DNA of 64,000 nt from Octopus sinensis (lineage: Eukaryota), in assembly GCF_006345805.1 (NCBI RefSeq), contig NC_042997.1, forward strand, positions 151,776,001 to 151,840,000, read 5' to 3'. The translations under genes and the position numbers were made by a program. Below, piece by piece: positions 37,495 through 51,406 of the stretch (position 1 is its first letter; every line of letters begins with the position of its first letter). The notes below the pieces were generated by a model. That model had not been told where the DNA came from and searched no databases. It saw only the letters and a list, made by a program, of their open reading frames with translations.

Positions 37495-39018
37495 CACAGG
37501 TCATCAAACTACGGTCCACGACGTCAATTTGTCCGGCCCGCCGTCGTATACTGAGAAAATATAAACATGCTTTTATACTGCTTCTTACACTTCTTAGATT
37601 ACGCACGTGGTATGTATACTGAGTCAGTCACTTCACGCGCTATGTATTTCACGCGTTATATTAATTACTACAGTACATCACGTGTGCTTCTGGATAGTCA
37701 GTTATTAGTGATTACAATTAAAGCGAGAATATCTGACGCCGAGGCCTAAGACTGCTTTTGTTGTTTCTTCACCCATCATTATGGCTACTAAGAAGAGAAA
37801 GGTTGATGATGAATGCCGCATTTTCAAAAAAGAATGAGGAGAAAAATACTTCTTCGTGGAAACAAACGACCAGAAAGCTAGTTGCTTGATATGCAACGAA
37901 AGTGTTGCTGTTATGAAAGAGTACAATATTTGTCGTCACAACGAAGCAAAACATCTCTCAGCACATTCTAAATATTCTAGAAAGTTGCGGTCCGATAAAT
38001 TTAAATCTATGAAACGTAGTTTGGAATCTCAAAGGAATTCCTTTACAAAAAAGTTTGTTAAAAATGAATCTAACACTGGTGTAAGTTACAAAATAATGAA
38101 TATGTTGGAAGAGCGAAGAAAACAATTTACTGATGGAAATTTTATAAAAGAGTGCATGATGGAAACAGCAAATGACTTGTGTCCTGAAAAAGCTAACATG
38201 TTTGGCTGTATCAGTCTTTCAGCAAGTTCAGTTGTGCGGAGAATAGAACTTGGGGAGAATATACAATTACAGATACATGAGAAAGCTAAGAAATTTTTGT
38301 GGTCTTTTTCTTGAGTTTGATGAGTCTACTGATCTCTCTAGTACGTCACAACTTCATTCATGGTGTTAATTGCAACTTTGAGATTATAGAAGAAATGGCA
38401 TCCGTTTGCAGTATACATGGAACAAGAACTGGAGAAGATATTTTCATAGAGGTGCAGAAAACTTTGCAAAACTATAACGTTCAGTGGAATCAGCTTCGGT
38501 GTATTACAGTCAATGGAGGAAAAAACATGACAGGATTGAGGAAGGGTTTGGTAGGGCGGATCCAGACCAAGTTGGAGGAATTTCAACTTCCGAAAGCTCT
38601 CTTTATACACTGCATTATACATCAGCAAGCACTCTGTGGAAAACACTTAGATAATTCTTGCATACTAAAACCGATTCTTGCATACTAAAAGCAATTCCTA
38701 TGGTTGGATGATATTTTGGAAGCAAAACGCCAGTTTCACAAATCTCATTAACTTTTGTGCTGCTTACTTTTTATGTAATTCAGCTATGTGCGCACTTTTT
38801 CTAAAAATTCTAACTTGGAATTATTAAAATATGTTTATTATTTTTATTATTTTGTCTATTTTATGTATTGATAAATAAATAGGATAATTGTCTTTATTTT
38901 TTGTGTACATTCAGTGTATTCTATGTTGTACTGAATTAAACAATGTATTTGTCCGGCCCACACCTGGCATTCTTTTAGCTATATCTGGCCAACTATGAAA
39001 AATGTTTGGTGACCCCTG
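37495..39018 (+). mobile_element. hAT (Buster/Charlie-type) DNA transposon, internally deleted
   Basis: Termini cacaggtcatcaaact / tgtttggtgacccctg; perfect 8-bp TSD GATTAGGC (37487-37494 and 39019-39026) with central TA. Confidence 0.92.
37781..38688 (+). pseudogene. hAT transposase remnant (GTF2IRD2/SPIN-like)
   Basis: MATKKRKVDDECRIF, BED-like CLIC..YNICRH, FTDGNFIKECM, FDESTD, GTRTGEDIF, HCIIHQQALC. Has a stop and frameshifts; the C-terminus is missing. Confidence 0.88.
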
Positions 39019-39405
39019 GATTAGGCTAACCCCAGCACGCAACTGGTACTTAATTTATCGACCCCGAAAGAATGAAAGGCAAAGTCGACCTCGGCAGAAT
39101 TTGAACACAGAACATAAAGACAGACGAAATACAGCAAAGCATTTCACCCGTAACGTTTCTGTCAGTTCACCGCATTGAACTGGAATAATTATTTTTTTCC
39201 TATTCTAGGCACAAGACCTGAAATGCTTAGGGAGGGGACCAGTCGATTACATCGACCTCAGTATGCAACTGGTACGTAATTTATCGACCCCGAAAGGATG
39301 AAAGGCAAAGTCAACCTCGGCGGAATTTGAACTCAGAATGTAAAGACAGACGAAATACCGCATTTCGCCACGCGTGCTAAAATTTCTACCAGTTCGCCGC
39401 CTTTG
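39019..39405 (-). mobile_element. Two tandem SINE family A copies; the first continues at 37432-37494 on the other side of the hAT element
   Basis: 39019-39175 and 39190-39405 match rc of 7700-7915; the missing 3' end ttctactctaggcacaaggcctgaaat lies at 37440-37470. Confidence 0.85.
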
Positions 39406-42023
39406 AACTGGATTAATTATTGTAACAGTGAAGTGTTAATTTGTTCTGGCTTCTTATGTTCTGAAGATTTGGGTGGTAAACTCGCAGCTGAACCGGGGAC
39501 CTTGAAAAATTAAAAGTTCAAAGATTCTGCCCTTCCTTTCCTGACTATACAGGTTACATTTCAGGAGAGGATACGCATAAAAAGAGAAGAATATCTGAAA
39601 TTATTTACCGTACTTGAGGAAAAGCCAACTTATATAAATATAATACATCATCTAACATAAGTTTCATATTCAATTTTCCAATACATTTTGCATCAAATAT
39701 ATAATATATTGAAACAGTCATCTAATGAAATATTAACACGGTCTTCTTGTCTCTTCATATTTGTTTACCTCATGCAAGATCTATTGCAGTTCGCAAGTAT
39801 AGGCTGGTAGTATGTGCCACGCTCTCTCAAATTCCTTTAAGAGTGAAAGTAACGGTGAGCAGACATAATAAATGCCCTCTAGGCCCTCTCACATTTAACT
39901 TAGTGGAACACGCAAGAAGTGACAGATGAAGTTACTGGCAAGCAGACATAATGTGTCACCGGATCCAAAAATCGAACCCACGTCCTCATGATCAGAACAA
40001 GACCACACTAACCACAAGGCTGTGTGCTTTCTATAAGTTTAAGCTATATAGTCTGAGCAAATGATAGTTTTATCTCTTCATTTCTAGTCATAGAGCACTG
40101 CTCATACTTTCTTCAGTACACTTCATGTTTCGTTCGATACACGAATATCTTATCACACAGTCCAGCTTCAAACCAGAAAGTCATTTAATTTTGATATTTT
40201 TCAGAATTTATAGATTAAGTATAAGAAATCTATTCCAAACAAGTCTTACGAAATAGTAATTAAAGCGAAAGATTTGCTAAGAGTTGGAAAATTTTAATGG
40301 AGTCTCTGGACTTCACAGAAATTCACTGGCAGATTTTCAATTATAAAACGCAATTGTTCTTATCTCGATTTGTTCAAATATACAATAATTCTTAACTCGT
40401 AGAATTCAATAACAACTGTAACCAAATACCTCCTGTTACAGTATTCCAAATGTATGTGCTTATTAGTTCCTTTAGGTGTCTTCCAATCACTGTTATGAGG
40501 TTTCTTCTATTTATATTGATGACATTCACATAATCGATTTATCGTCAGTACATGATTTATTCCGGTGTTAAGACATTTATGTCTTGCAACACGATTTTCA
40601 GACAATATAACTATAGGTTTGAGAGCTGTAGTTGTCTGGGTCCATAAAATGTCAATAAACAAACTGAAGGCTCTGCACTATAACTGGCACAAACGTTTCT
40701 GATTGTTAATTCTCAGCCAACGCAATCGCTGTTGTTCTTGTTGCTTAAACAAATCAGTTTTGATCAATCAGGAGGATTATTTGATGTAGTCAAACTGCGA
40801 CAAACCAATACTTTTTCAAGCATAGTTTGTCTCGACCTTAAGACGATGGGTTATGATTTGAGACAAATATGGCTAATATTTTTAGCTGTTCAAATGATCA
40901 CACGGGGGCTATTTCCTTGATGCCTCATGCTTAGTTTAGGTGCTTGCATTGTACAGACAGGGGATATTAGCCATTTATTTTAATAGAAGTACTGAATAAC
41001 TGACGGTTGATCCACGAATAAATCTGGTCCACATCGAAATCTTTCATTAGACTTGAGTTGTTACTTGACTGCTTGAAATGCACTGAAAGCTGGGATATAC
41101 ATTCTAACTCACTAACTCTCTTCATATTTTGAGACAACGAAAATGTATGAATCTATGAATGAACCTTGATGCATCCACTTAACGCCAACATTCTGCGGAA
41201 ATTTCGGTAAATGGAAACTATACAGAAGGCTGCCGGATGGACTCTGCACATAATTCAAAATTTCAACTTAGGCATTATGGGACATGTGTTACTCTGTCTC
41301 CACCTGAGTACACGTTATAGATACACATGCCGCAGGCTAATTCAATAAGTAGGTTGTCACATTGATTAAAGTATCGGACATTAAGACACAAGAGTCCATC
41401 ATCATAGCAAATATTTCAGGAATAACATTCGACGGCTTGGTGATAGATATTTCACTTTCTTTATATATCCAACAAAAGAGGCTGTCTGCTCTTCATCAGA
41501 TTTTCAGTTGAAGGAGACAAATTGCATGCCTGAAATCACAATTCAGTCCATTATCAAACGTTGTACTTGTTACCAAGACTGACCTGGATCAATGCAGTCA
41601 CATGGATGAAAATGAAACCTGGTACACTTTTATTTTGTATTTTTTTTTTTTAGTTCTCTGAGAGGATTTGCATTCAACAGTGCCTACTGACATAATACTC
41701 ATAACCAAATTATCAAACAAGTTTCCTTGAAATCACACACCTTTGCCGTCTTTAGAATACTGGGGAAGGTGAGGATTCATTAGATAAAACTATGCACGAG
41801 AAAAAAGTTTTGTATATCAAAACATGGGCGCTACTGAGGATTAATCTGTATAAATCAAGGTTGACCTGAGATAAAGAAATAAAAAGAAATTCTGATAATT
41901 ATATTCCTCAGAATGTGATTCATACCTTATGCACGCTTTTATGAGTGAGTGCGTTTCCATACGTATTTGTATGTATAGATATATGAATTCATATGCAAAT
42001 AGACATATATACAGTTATATATA

Positions 42024-42416
42024 TGTAGTGACGCCATCTTGAAAATTTCCAGCACGCATGCGCAGGGTTGGAATCTTCCGGAAGGCCTGCCGGAAGTTCC
42101 TTCATAAGCATGTGCAGAAAACTTGTATCTCTCTCTTGGACGCTAGCGGCTGAACGATACAGACGTGTATCCAGCAGCTTTCTCGAGCTGCTACCTCGTG
42201 TCGCATCACCACTATGCTTGAACGGGCAGGATTGACTCACTCCACTTGCCGATAAGCTCCTAGGTTACCAATTCGTTCAGAGGAAGGACATTGCGACTCA
42301 AAGAATAAATAATTATACTGTTGTAGCTAATGGAAAATCTTGACTCTTTCTGCAATTGATATTTAATGTAGAAGATGTCAGCAGCACCCATCCAGTGCGG
42401 GAATCTCTCATCCTGT

Positions 42417-42420
<4 letters not shown>
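42024..42420 (+). mobile_element. Probable solo LTR (397 bp)
   Basis: Starts TGTA, ends TACA, TATA on both sides, AATAAA at 42304-42309, GC-rich 5' half. Confidence 0.5.
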
Positions 42421-42473
<53 letters not shown>

Positions 42474-42700
42474 TGGGTAAAGACCTCCTTCGGTCACGAA
42501 TGATCATAGGATTGCAACTAGAAAGTTACCATTCGAGGCACAAGTCCGACCAAGGTTGTTTGTGGAAAACTAATTGTATAGGAAATAAGGATTTAAAGAG
42601 GTTCCATTTACCCTTTAACGTGCACAAAATCACTGATAGAGTGTCTTCTGACGGACGACTTCGGGGTTTGTTAGTCGCTCATCAGAGAATATACAGCGTT
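42474..42700 (-). mobile_element. RTE-type LINE/SINE 3' tail fragment
   Basis: gggtaaagacctccttcggtcacgaatga..ggattgcaactagaaagttac..caaggttgttt is the rc of the 5820-5900 tail. Confidence 0.6.
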
Positions 42701-42838
42701 ATTCCTTTACTATTACTAGAATATTAAGCTGTATTTAAAGCAATCATGAATATATTTAAATGAAGTAATACACTCTCGACTTATTGTATGAAATATCTTT
42801 AATTGTGGTTTCTTCTGTTTCTAGTTGTAGGCCACCCT

Positions 42839-42918
<80 letters not shown>

Positions 42919-42959
42919 TGTATGCATCTACATATACAAATGTGTGTGAGAGTGTGTAT

Positions 42960-43200
42960 ACACATTATTTATATTATTTACACTGGACGTTAATGTGTCC
43001 TCATCTTGTTCGCTGTTACTACAACATTTCGGCTGATTTACTCTCCAGCTTCCATTAGTTGTCCTGGTAGAATGGGTTCTCATTCTTAAGTTATTTTTTG
43101 CTGATGTTATTTTCATTATCAGTATTTATTCAAGGCATTGCCTGGAATTGAACTCGGAATCTTGGGGTTAGTAGCCCGTGCTCATAGCCATTACGTTAAT
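42960..43200 (-). mobile_element. tRNA-headed SINE-like element with hammerhead-like 3' part
   Basis: B box rc at 43144-43155; shares ttaagaatgagaac, agctggagagta..tcag, caagatgaggac and tgtaaataat with 62900-63195. Confidence 0.65.
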
Positions 43201-46200
43201 GCCTTTTATGGGGTCAGTTTTAATTTATAGACTAGTTTTATCAAATCCTTTTATATCTAAGACTGAGATAACAAGGGACAGTAAAACTGAACCATACATT
43301 AAAACTGACCCCATAAAAAACAGACAAGTAAAACTCTGTAACAAGTCTTTCTTCCTGATACCTTAGTAGCATCTAAACTGAACGGAAGGCAGCATGCTCT
43401 TTATCTATCTCCTTAACTTCTTGGAGATTTTAGGTAAATTATACTAATGTGTCCATCTGTTTTAATTTAATTAAATTCTATGTCTTTGTGCAGCTGAAGA
43501 TTGCTCTGCATTTAAATCGATGTACTGGCTGCATTGTGCAATTAAATGGAGTTGTATAAAACGATCGTACTGCATTACCTATAGATAGTGTGTATACACA
43601 TTATTTACATTATTTACATTATTATATATATACATGTGTGTGTATGCATATGTACATATATATATACGTATATACATATATATATATACGTGTATATATA
43701 CACACACACATACATATATATATATATTATGTGTTATATTATATTATATTATATAATTATATATAGTTATACAATTATATATTCTTATTGAAGAGTACGC
43801 GGATAATACTATGACAAATATTTATGTGATGCGAACATTAGACCCATTTTAAAAAAATCTGCTACATTTTGCACGTTTGATTAGCGACGAGTCAAGGAGA
43901 GAAGGGAATACTCACGGCAGTTTTCAGGACTTTCAATAATAGTTAGAGAAAGATATCCCAAAGGCAGGGAACTCGCCCTAATGCTTGCAATAATTTGACC
44001 TCTTCTAAAGTCGCTCAAGTTGCCAGCTGTCGGTGTTGAACCGAGTGATCTATTAAATAAGTCCCCTCCTCAAAAGGCTAAGGCGGGATTATGACCTCAA
44101 AGAGCCGTTACAGATACCGTAAGAGGCTTCCAAACAGATATTCTTACTGTTTTGTGAATGCGTCGCTCTGCATTAGAACTTTTTTATAGGCCCCGAAAAA
44201 AATTAGTTGTAAAGAGGACTTCGACCGGTTTGAACACAGAACGTAGTGAGTCTGAATATATATCGACTTAGTTTAATTCGCTGCCATCTTAGTTCTTCAG
44301 AGACTTATATAAAATATCTTCAAAGCTTCTCATATTTTAACATAACATCATTTTACTACAGATCTTCACTAAAGATTCATTCAGATTTATCATGATTGTG
44401 TTGTACCACGAACTATCAGCATGGACAGTTATGTTTACCCCAGCCACTTAATTACTACATTTATCCTCATTAGACGAAATTTCTCTTCATTCCTACAGTC
44501 CATTACTTTAATGAACTCCCCTTTAGATTTATTGCTTTAGTCGAACAGATAAGCGGATGCATTTATTTCATAGCTATGCAGAAGGCTTCTGGTGTTCCAT
44601 ACGGAAGAGTAGGTAACACGTCGTTGTGTTTATGATTTCTATCTAAGTTTTAGTGCTATAATTAAAGAGAACTTATTAAAACTGAAAATAAAAAGCAGGT
44701 AGCACATGAGCATGTGGGAGGCTTTTCTATGCAGTTTCTGTAAATACCAGAAACAGAAGCCAAGTCTGTCTCTAATCATACAACATCTTTCCTGTTACAA
44801 GTTCTGCAGAGATTAACAGAAATGTATTTCATTGGTACTAACAAACCTATTTAATTCTTAATCACCCAGTCTGCATGCCTCTTTCTGTTTCATATCAAGT
44901 TGCCCTGATCGAGGGGAGCTATTATTATTAGAAGTATTTAAGCGATGAATAGTGTCTACTGTTTTCAGGCATAGTGTACTTTTGACCAGTATTCGATGCG
45001 TATGTGTCTTTTCAAAAGAAGGTCATGTTGTACACTAATCTTGGAAAAAATCGAATAGCTACGTCTCGAATGCATTGAATTATAGATTTCCTAGGCCAGA
45101 GTTGAGCTGGGCCTAAGCAACAACAACAGTAACTGGGGTTTGCATACATAGGCACCCAGAACTTACTTCTACTTAACCCTGTTCGATATGATTTTTGAAA
45201 ATTTCATTAAGAATCCAGATAAATGCCTCAGCTCAGAGAGAAAATCATTCTCCATAGGAAAAAGGACAGCGCTCGTGACCCTTCTCGAGAGTACCGAGAT
45301 TGGCGCTGGGAATGAAGGACGTTATCATCAGGCCGGAGACAGGCTCTAAAGATTGTATCTGAGTGAGCTTCGCTCAAAATATCCCATGAACAATGTTATA
45401 GAGAAAAACAAGTAGTGTATCATGTCTACTCATAACGAACTGTGACTGACTCTCAGACGGGCTACTGATATTTTCCATTTTACCACAGTCTACAGTGAAA
45501 TTTACCACAGTCTGCAGTGAAATTGAACACGGTACATCGTAATTCTGCATCAGCGTTCTTAATCACACATGCATGCCACTATTTTGCTTCTTGCTGAACA
45601 GGTCACTCATATCTGCTCCGAAGAATGATTTTTGACGCAGGTTGCTATTTTTGTGGGAGGAAATCTCTCTTCACAAGGTCTTGAATGGAGCTAACAGAAG
45701 CAATAGCCGTTACAGTGGTGGAGTAAACTACCTGGTTGTAATTAAGAACGCCCCTTTAAATTCTGACTTAAAAATCTAACTCAGATTACGTTTACCTAGT
45801 TCGATCAAGAAGTAGTAAGTAACGATCAAGTGAATAATTCAATAGACGGTGAACCCCAATCCCTACAGGTTTCTGGCTTTTCTTCAAAGCAGGAAATCTT
45901 AAATAATTTACTCTAATTAAGCTCATATTCATTTCTGAGTTCGAATCCAACAGGGAAGAATGTTTGATTTTTAATCCTAATGGAATCAAGCAAAGAAAAG
46001 AACAGCGTACAGGACTCAGACCAATCAATTTATAGCTTCTGCGAAATCGTTAAACCTTCTACTGATTAGAAAAGTAGTCATTATTTCTAAGACGAAGCCA
46101 TGTCTGATCCAAGATACAATTACTGTACTAGACATGTGTATACACATACATTCATACACATATGAATATGTTTATGCACAAATATATACTTAAATATTCC

Positions 46201-46257
46201 CATTCACACATTCACACACACACGCACAAAAACACCCATATATTTGCAAATATACGA

Positions 46258-46320
<63 letters not shown>

Positions 46321-46508
46321 ATAGGTGTGTGTATGTGCGTATGTATGTGTGTATGTTATATAGATGTGCATGTGTGGGTGCGCGTGTATACGCGCGCTCG
46401 CGAATAGTTATGTATATAAAAAGTGTATATATATTAACACATCTACATGAATTGAAAATGATTTTAAAATGTGTATACATATTCATGTATGCATGATCAC
46501 GTGTGTCC

Positions 46509-46553
<45 letters not shown>

Positions 46554-46877
46554 GATATGCATACACAGGCGTACATGCATACATACATAATGTACATATG
46601 CGTGTGTGTTTTATATGCATATATATATATATATATATACACACATACACACATACGTATATACACATACGAGTCTATGTTTTTCTCTACCATTTAGTCC
46701 GGTTCATAATGCACGTTTAATGGAGAATTCGTGCTCATTTCATTAAGTCTACATACAGATATATCCCGCTGATAAGAAACCTTCTAATAAAAGCATATTA
46801 CTCATCGATCGCACGCATTTACAGACATAGATGCATTTACATTCCTATACATACATACACACACACATATATATATA

Positions 46878-46949
<72 letters not shown>

Positions 46950-46964
46950 GTATACATATATATA

Positions 46965-47007
<43 letters not shown>

Positions 47008-47100
47008 TGTATATGTATATATGTAGTGATCTTCTGTTGTCCGCTTATATGTCTGTGCGCATGTACATTATAAGCCTCTAGGGATACACATACACACATA

Positions 47101-47140
<40 letters not shown>

Positions 47141-47786
47141 TATATATATACATACATACATATACATATATGTGTGTATGAGTATGTAAGTAAACAAACG
47201 TATCTGTGTACTTACGTATGTGCATATGTGTGTGTGTATATAAATATATATATATATATATGTACGTGTGTGTGTATATGTATGTATGTGTGTGTGTGTA
47301 GTCATAAGCTCATACATATAAATACACTCGTGTTTACATTCAAGCGCTCATAGTGCGTGTACGTATGCGGCATAATTATTTACGCCAGGTTTCAAACGAT
47401 GTTAATAAGGAGCTTTTACTAGGATGCGCCATTCTTGATCTCATTAAAGTCATTATCAAGGTAGATACGCGGCATTCTCGTGGCAACTGTTTGACACGAA
47501 TAATCCAATAGTTGGTCGACTGCCAAATAAATGCTACATCGACCGAACTATTCCTAGCTATCGAATAAATTTTCCTTAGTAATAAGCAAACTTGCTGCTA
47601 TGCTCTAGTATCTTGCTTTGCAATATTTACCTTCTCGTCTTCTTAATTGTCTCCATTTACTTATGACACAAAGCGGTCCTCAAGTTCGTTTCACTCCAGA
47701 ATAATTTTCAAGGACCATTCAGAGGAGATATGTTTTATTTTGTTTCTTAATTTGCTGGATATTTTATACAGGCTTTTTCAATGTGC

Positions 47787-47849
<63 letters not shown>

Positions 47850-47856
47850 GAATATA

Positions 47857-47929
<73 letters not shown>

Positions 47930-47970
47930 TGTATGTATATGTGTACACACACATACACACAGACACACAC

Positions 47971-48019
<49 letters not shown>

Positions 48020-48729
48020 CTTCTCTTCCATTTTCATATTCTAATTAACTGATGTTCCAGAATATTTGGAATTCCGCCCATATACGTTTCGTTAACATTG
48101 AACTTCCTTTTAATGTTTTATTATTTGAACAATCATTATATATCTACTATACTTCCCATTAGTAAGTAATCTACTTACTTGTTTGAATTAGGATATTCTT
48201 GAAGTATTTTTAATTATCGGGGAGTGCCAGGATCGGTACAGCTGACGGAAAATGTACCCCATTTTGCTAAAATGCCTCCTTGTATGTTTTGAGTTCCGAT
48301 CCTGTCGAAGTCGATGTAACGTTTCATCTACCCCAGAACTCGATAAAATTATTAACATGCATGTCAAAATATGAAACCAAATTTTTTTTTATCAAAGGAC
48401 AATTCAAAGCCTACCGTAATATGCGAGAGAGTATAGCTTTGTAATAAGTACCAAGTTTTTCACTTTTTTATATTCTGTGCCTATGAATTTGCGATAATAA
48501 TTCGGCACCTTCTTAGCTACTTCAACCAGCGGACTATATGGTAAAGTGGGACAACATATGTATTTTGTCTTGGTCGAAAACATGACAGAACTGTTCATGA
48601 ACTGAACTTATGTCCTTATTATCATGAGTCAAGCAAGCTAACCTCTAAGCCACGCAAAAATATATATAACATAGAGATGTAAACTCTGTGTGCGTGTGCG
48701 TGTGTGTGTGTGTTTGTGTGTGTTTGTGT

Positions 48730-48794
<65 letters not shown>

Positions 48795-49479
48795 TACTTT
48801 CATTGCTTCTTGAGATTTTACAAATAGCTACTTAGTTTATATGTATATATATATGTATATATGTATTTATGTATATATATATATATATTAAAATTAGTAT
48901 GTCTTTTGATTAATTTTAATCCTTCAGTTATTTAATGCTCTTTTGGGGCCTGTAATCGCATATATAATTGATTCCGTTATTAACATTTTTTAATTGTTAC
49001 ACAGGATAATAATAGAGTCAATGATATCTTCGCAAATATTTTCTCGTGAACTATTTGCCCCGTATTGAAATATATATATACATACATATACATATATATA
49101 TACGTAAAAATATAGGGAAAAGAAGATGAGAGTGTTCTCCTTATCGCTATAAAATATTTTATTATCTGATCTGAATGTTTTCATGTAAAATATTCCTTGA
49201 CTCATCACGATGAATACACATATTCATCTTCTTGTCAAAGACTCTATTACTTGATCGCGATATATTCATGTACACTAATTTTTTCTCCTTATCATTATAA
49301 AAAAATTTTATTACATGATCTGAATGATGTTAGGTACACTATTTTTGGACCTATCACAGAAGATACACAAAGCCTCAAATCTTTTCTTATTGTTTTCAAA
49401 GACTCCATCACCTGATGTAAATACATATTTGAAAACGAATTTTTGACACCATAGAGGATACACGAAACCTCACATTTTA

Positions 49480-49565
49480 CTCTTGAAAATCTTTTTAAAT
49501 AATTGAAACCGGTTAAGTAATAAATACTTTTAAAAGAATCTTGTACTTTCAGGTTCTTTTCCTCA

Positions 49566-49612
<47 letters not shown>

Positions 49613-50880
49613 TATATATATAAGTAAGGAAAAATTTTTTTTTAAATGCAGAATGCTCAAATGAAAGAAAATTTTAATAAAATGAGAAATTGATAAAATA
49701 TATAAATATATATTTATTCAACCGGTTTTCGTCATTGTATGACTTGTCAAGAATATTTATGTTTTAAGAAGTTTTTTTAAAAATTAGAAAGGGGAAAAAA
49801 AGAAAATTGCATTGTTTTTTGTAAAAGAATAATGATAAAAATGTACAAAAATTAAAAAATAAGTTCTCCGATACATTGTGAGTTCGTTGTGTATCTTGAG
49901 TTTTATGGTTGTTTACGAAAAAATTACCTTGAGGTGTTAAGATCCAAAGGGATTAAGAGCATGTGTTGTGTTGTGTTGTTAAATTCAGCATGTTTGCAGG
50001 ACAGGAAGTAGTAGTAATTGTGGTCCTGGTTCTTCAGTTCCTGTGTTGTGAGTAAGGGGAGACAACTCTTTTGAGTTCTTCAATAAAACCCAAATTATAA
50101 AACTATCATTTTAGCTTCATTTGCATTATCTTTTTTATATAATTGCTTGTTAACTTAACTTTCAGATTTTAACACTTTATTTATATTATTTTCTAATAAT
50201 ATAAATCTGCATAGACAATTGCATTTCAAATTGTCATATCATTTATAATAAAAATGATAGTAATAACAACAATAGTAAAAATGATATTTAAAGAATATAA
50301 GTTTTAGCTTGAAGTGATGAATGCATGGTATCTTTATATATTTGTGTTAGTCCATCCATGAAGAGTGAGGTAGAGAAAGGAAGTTTGATCAACGAGGAGT
50401 TTGCATATTAAGTTGTGTTTGGAATTTTTCAATAAAGAGATTCTCCTTGTTAATTCTCTCCTGTGTGGTGATCCCGTCTTTACATTGGTAGAAGGGGAAT
50501 ATATAGAATTTAGGGTTTAAGTCTTTAGCACATGAGTCTAAGTGGTCACTCAGTGGAATTTGTCGGTATTCCGGGAGATTTATTTGTTCTTTATGCACCG
50601 TTACTCGTTTACGTAACGGGAGACTCGTTTGTTCAACATAATTATGTTGGCAACCAGCGCATGTGAGAACGTAGATAAGGTTCTCGGAGGAACAGGAGAA
50701 GTTAGTCTTGATTTTAAACTTCGTACCTTGTTTGAAGGTAAATTCAGAGCCTTCAAGTAGATGTATATATATACATCTTGCTAAGCATTTTGTAATCATT
50801 CACATTCTTACTTGGTTTTATTTTCAATCGATGAATCTTCTTGTTCATTTCCCTATGACAATTTCTTGCACGTGCATACA
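49480..50880 (-). mobile_element. Penelope-like element 3' remnant (GIY-YIG end plus pLTR-like region)
   Basis: GIY-YIG ORF followed on the same strand by a decayed hammerhead (rc 49715-49755) and an inverted partial copy near 49505-49526. Confidence 0.7.
50389..50799 (-). CDS. Penelope-type GIY-YIG endonuclease domain (5'-truncated)
   Basis: FSCSSENLIYVLTCAGCQHNYVEQTSLPLRKRVTVHKEQI..SDHLDSC..ERINKENLFIEKF matches the PLE pattern CxSxNxIYxxxCxxCxxxY(IV)GxTxxxLxxRxxxH. The conserved G reads E, so the domain is probably inactive. Confidence 0.85.
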   Translation of the reverse strand: MITKCLARCIYIHLLEGSEFTFKQGTKFKIKTNFSCSSENLIYVLTCAGCQHNYVEQTSLPLRKRVTVHKEQINLPEYRQIPLSDHLDSCAKDLNPKFYIFPFYQCKDGITTQERINKENLFIEKFQTQLNMQTPR

Positions 50881-51095
50881 CAGAAGGAGAGAAATACAAA
50901 CACAAACACACACATATACACACAGAGATATATATGCACACACACACACACATATATAAGCATGCACAGAGATATATACACACAAATATACACACGCACA
51001 TATAAATATATATACATGCGCATATGAATATATATATATGCATATATGTGCGAGTCAGTGAGTCTGTGAGTTTTGTGTATATATGTATATGCATG

Positions 51096-51136
<41 letters not shown>

Positions 51137-51169
51137 TATTTAAAATTTACAGAAAAACAAAAGATGAAG

Positions 51170-51330
51170 ATATGTGTCTGAACAAGCTGGGGTATTAGTT
51201 TGATGCCCGCAAAGTGAGAAGGTATTGTATGTTTCGAGCCTACCCTCTTTAACAGAAAGAAATAGGAGAAAATAAACTGAGAGAGATTAAAATAGTTGTG
51301 GATTTAGCGATGATGCATGGCGATACATAT
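51170..51330 (-). mobile_element. Short Penelope-type repeat with decayed hammerhead-like motif
   Basis: rc 51225-51258 reads ttt CTGTTAA a gag ggtag gctc GAAA cata; same family as 23530-23715. Confidence 0.5.
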
Positions 51331-51342
51331 ATATCAGTGCAC

Positions 51343-51406
<64 letters not shown>

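Noticed and set aside
26590-45330. Shared ctgggaatgaagga.gtta between 26590-26610 and 45308-45326, possibly LTR fragments
   Set aside because: Only about 19 nt align, and there are no matching termini or TSDs.
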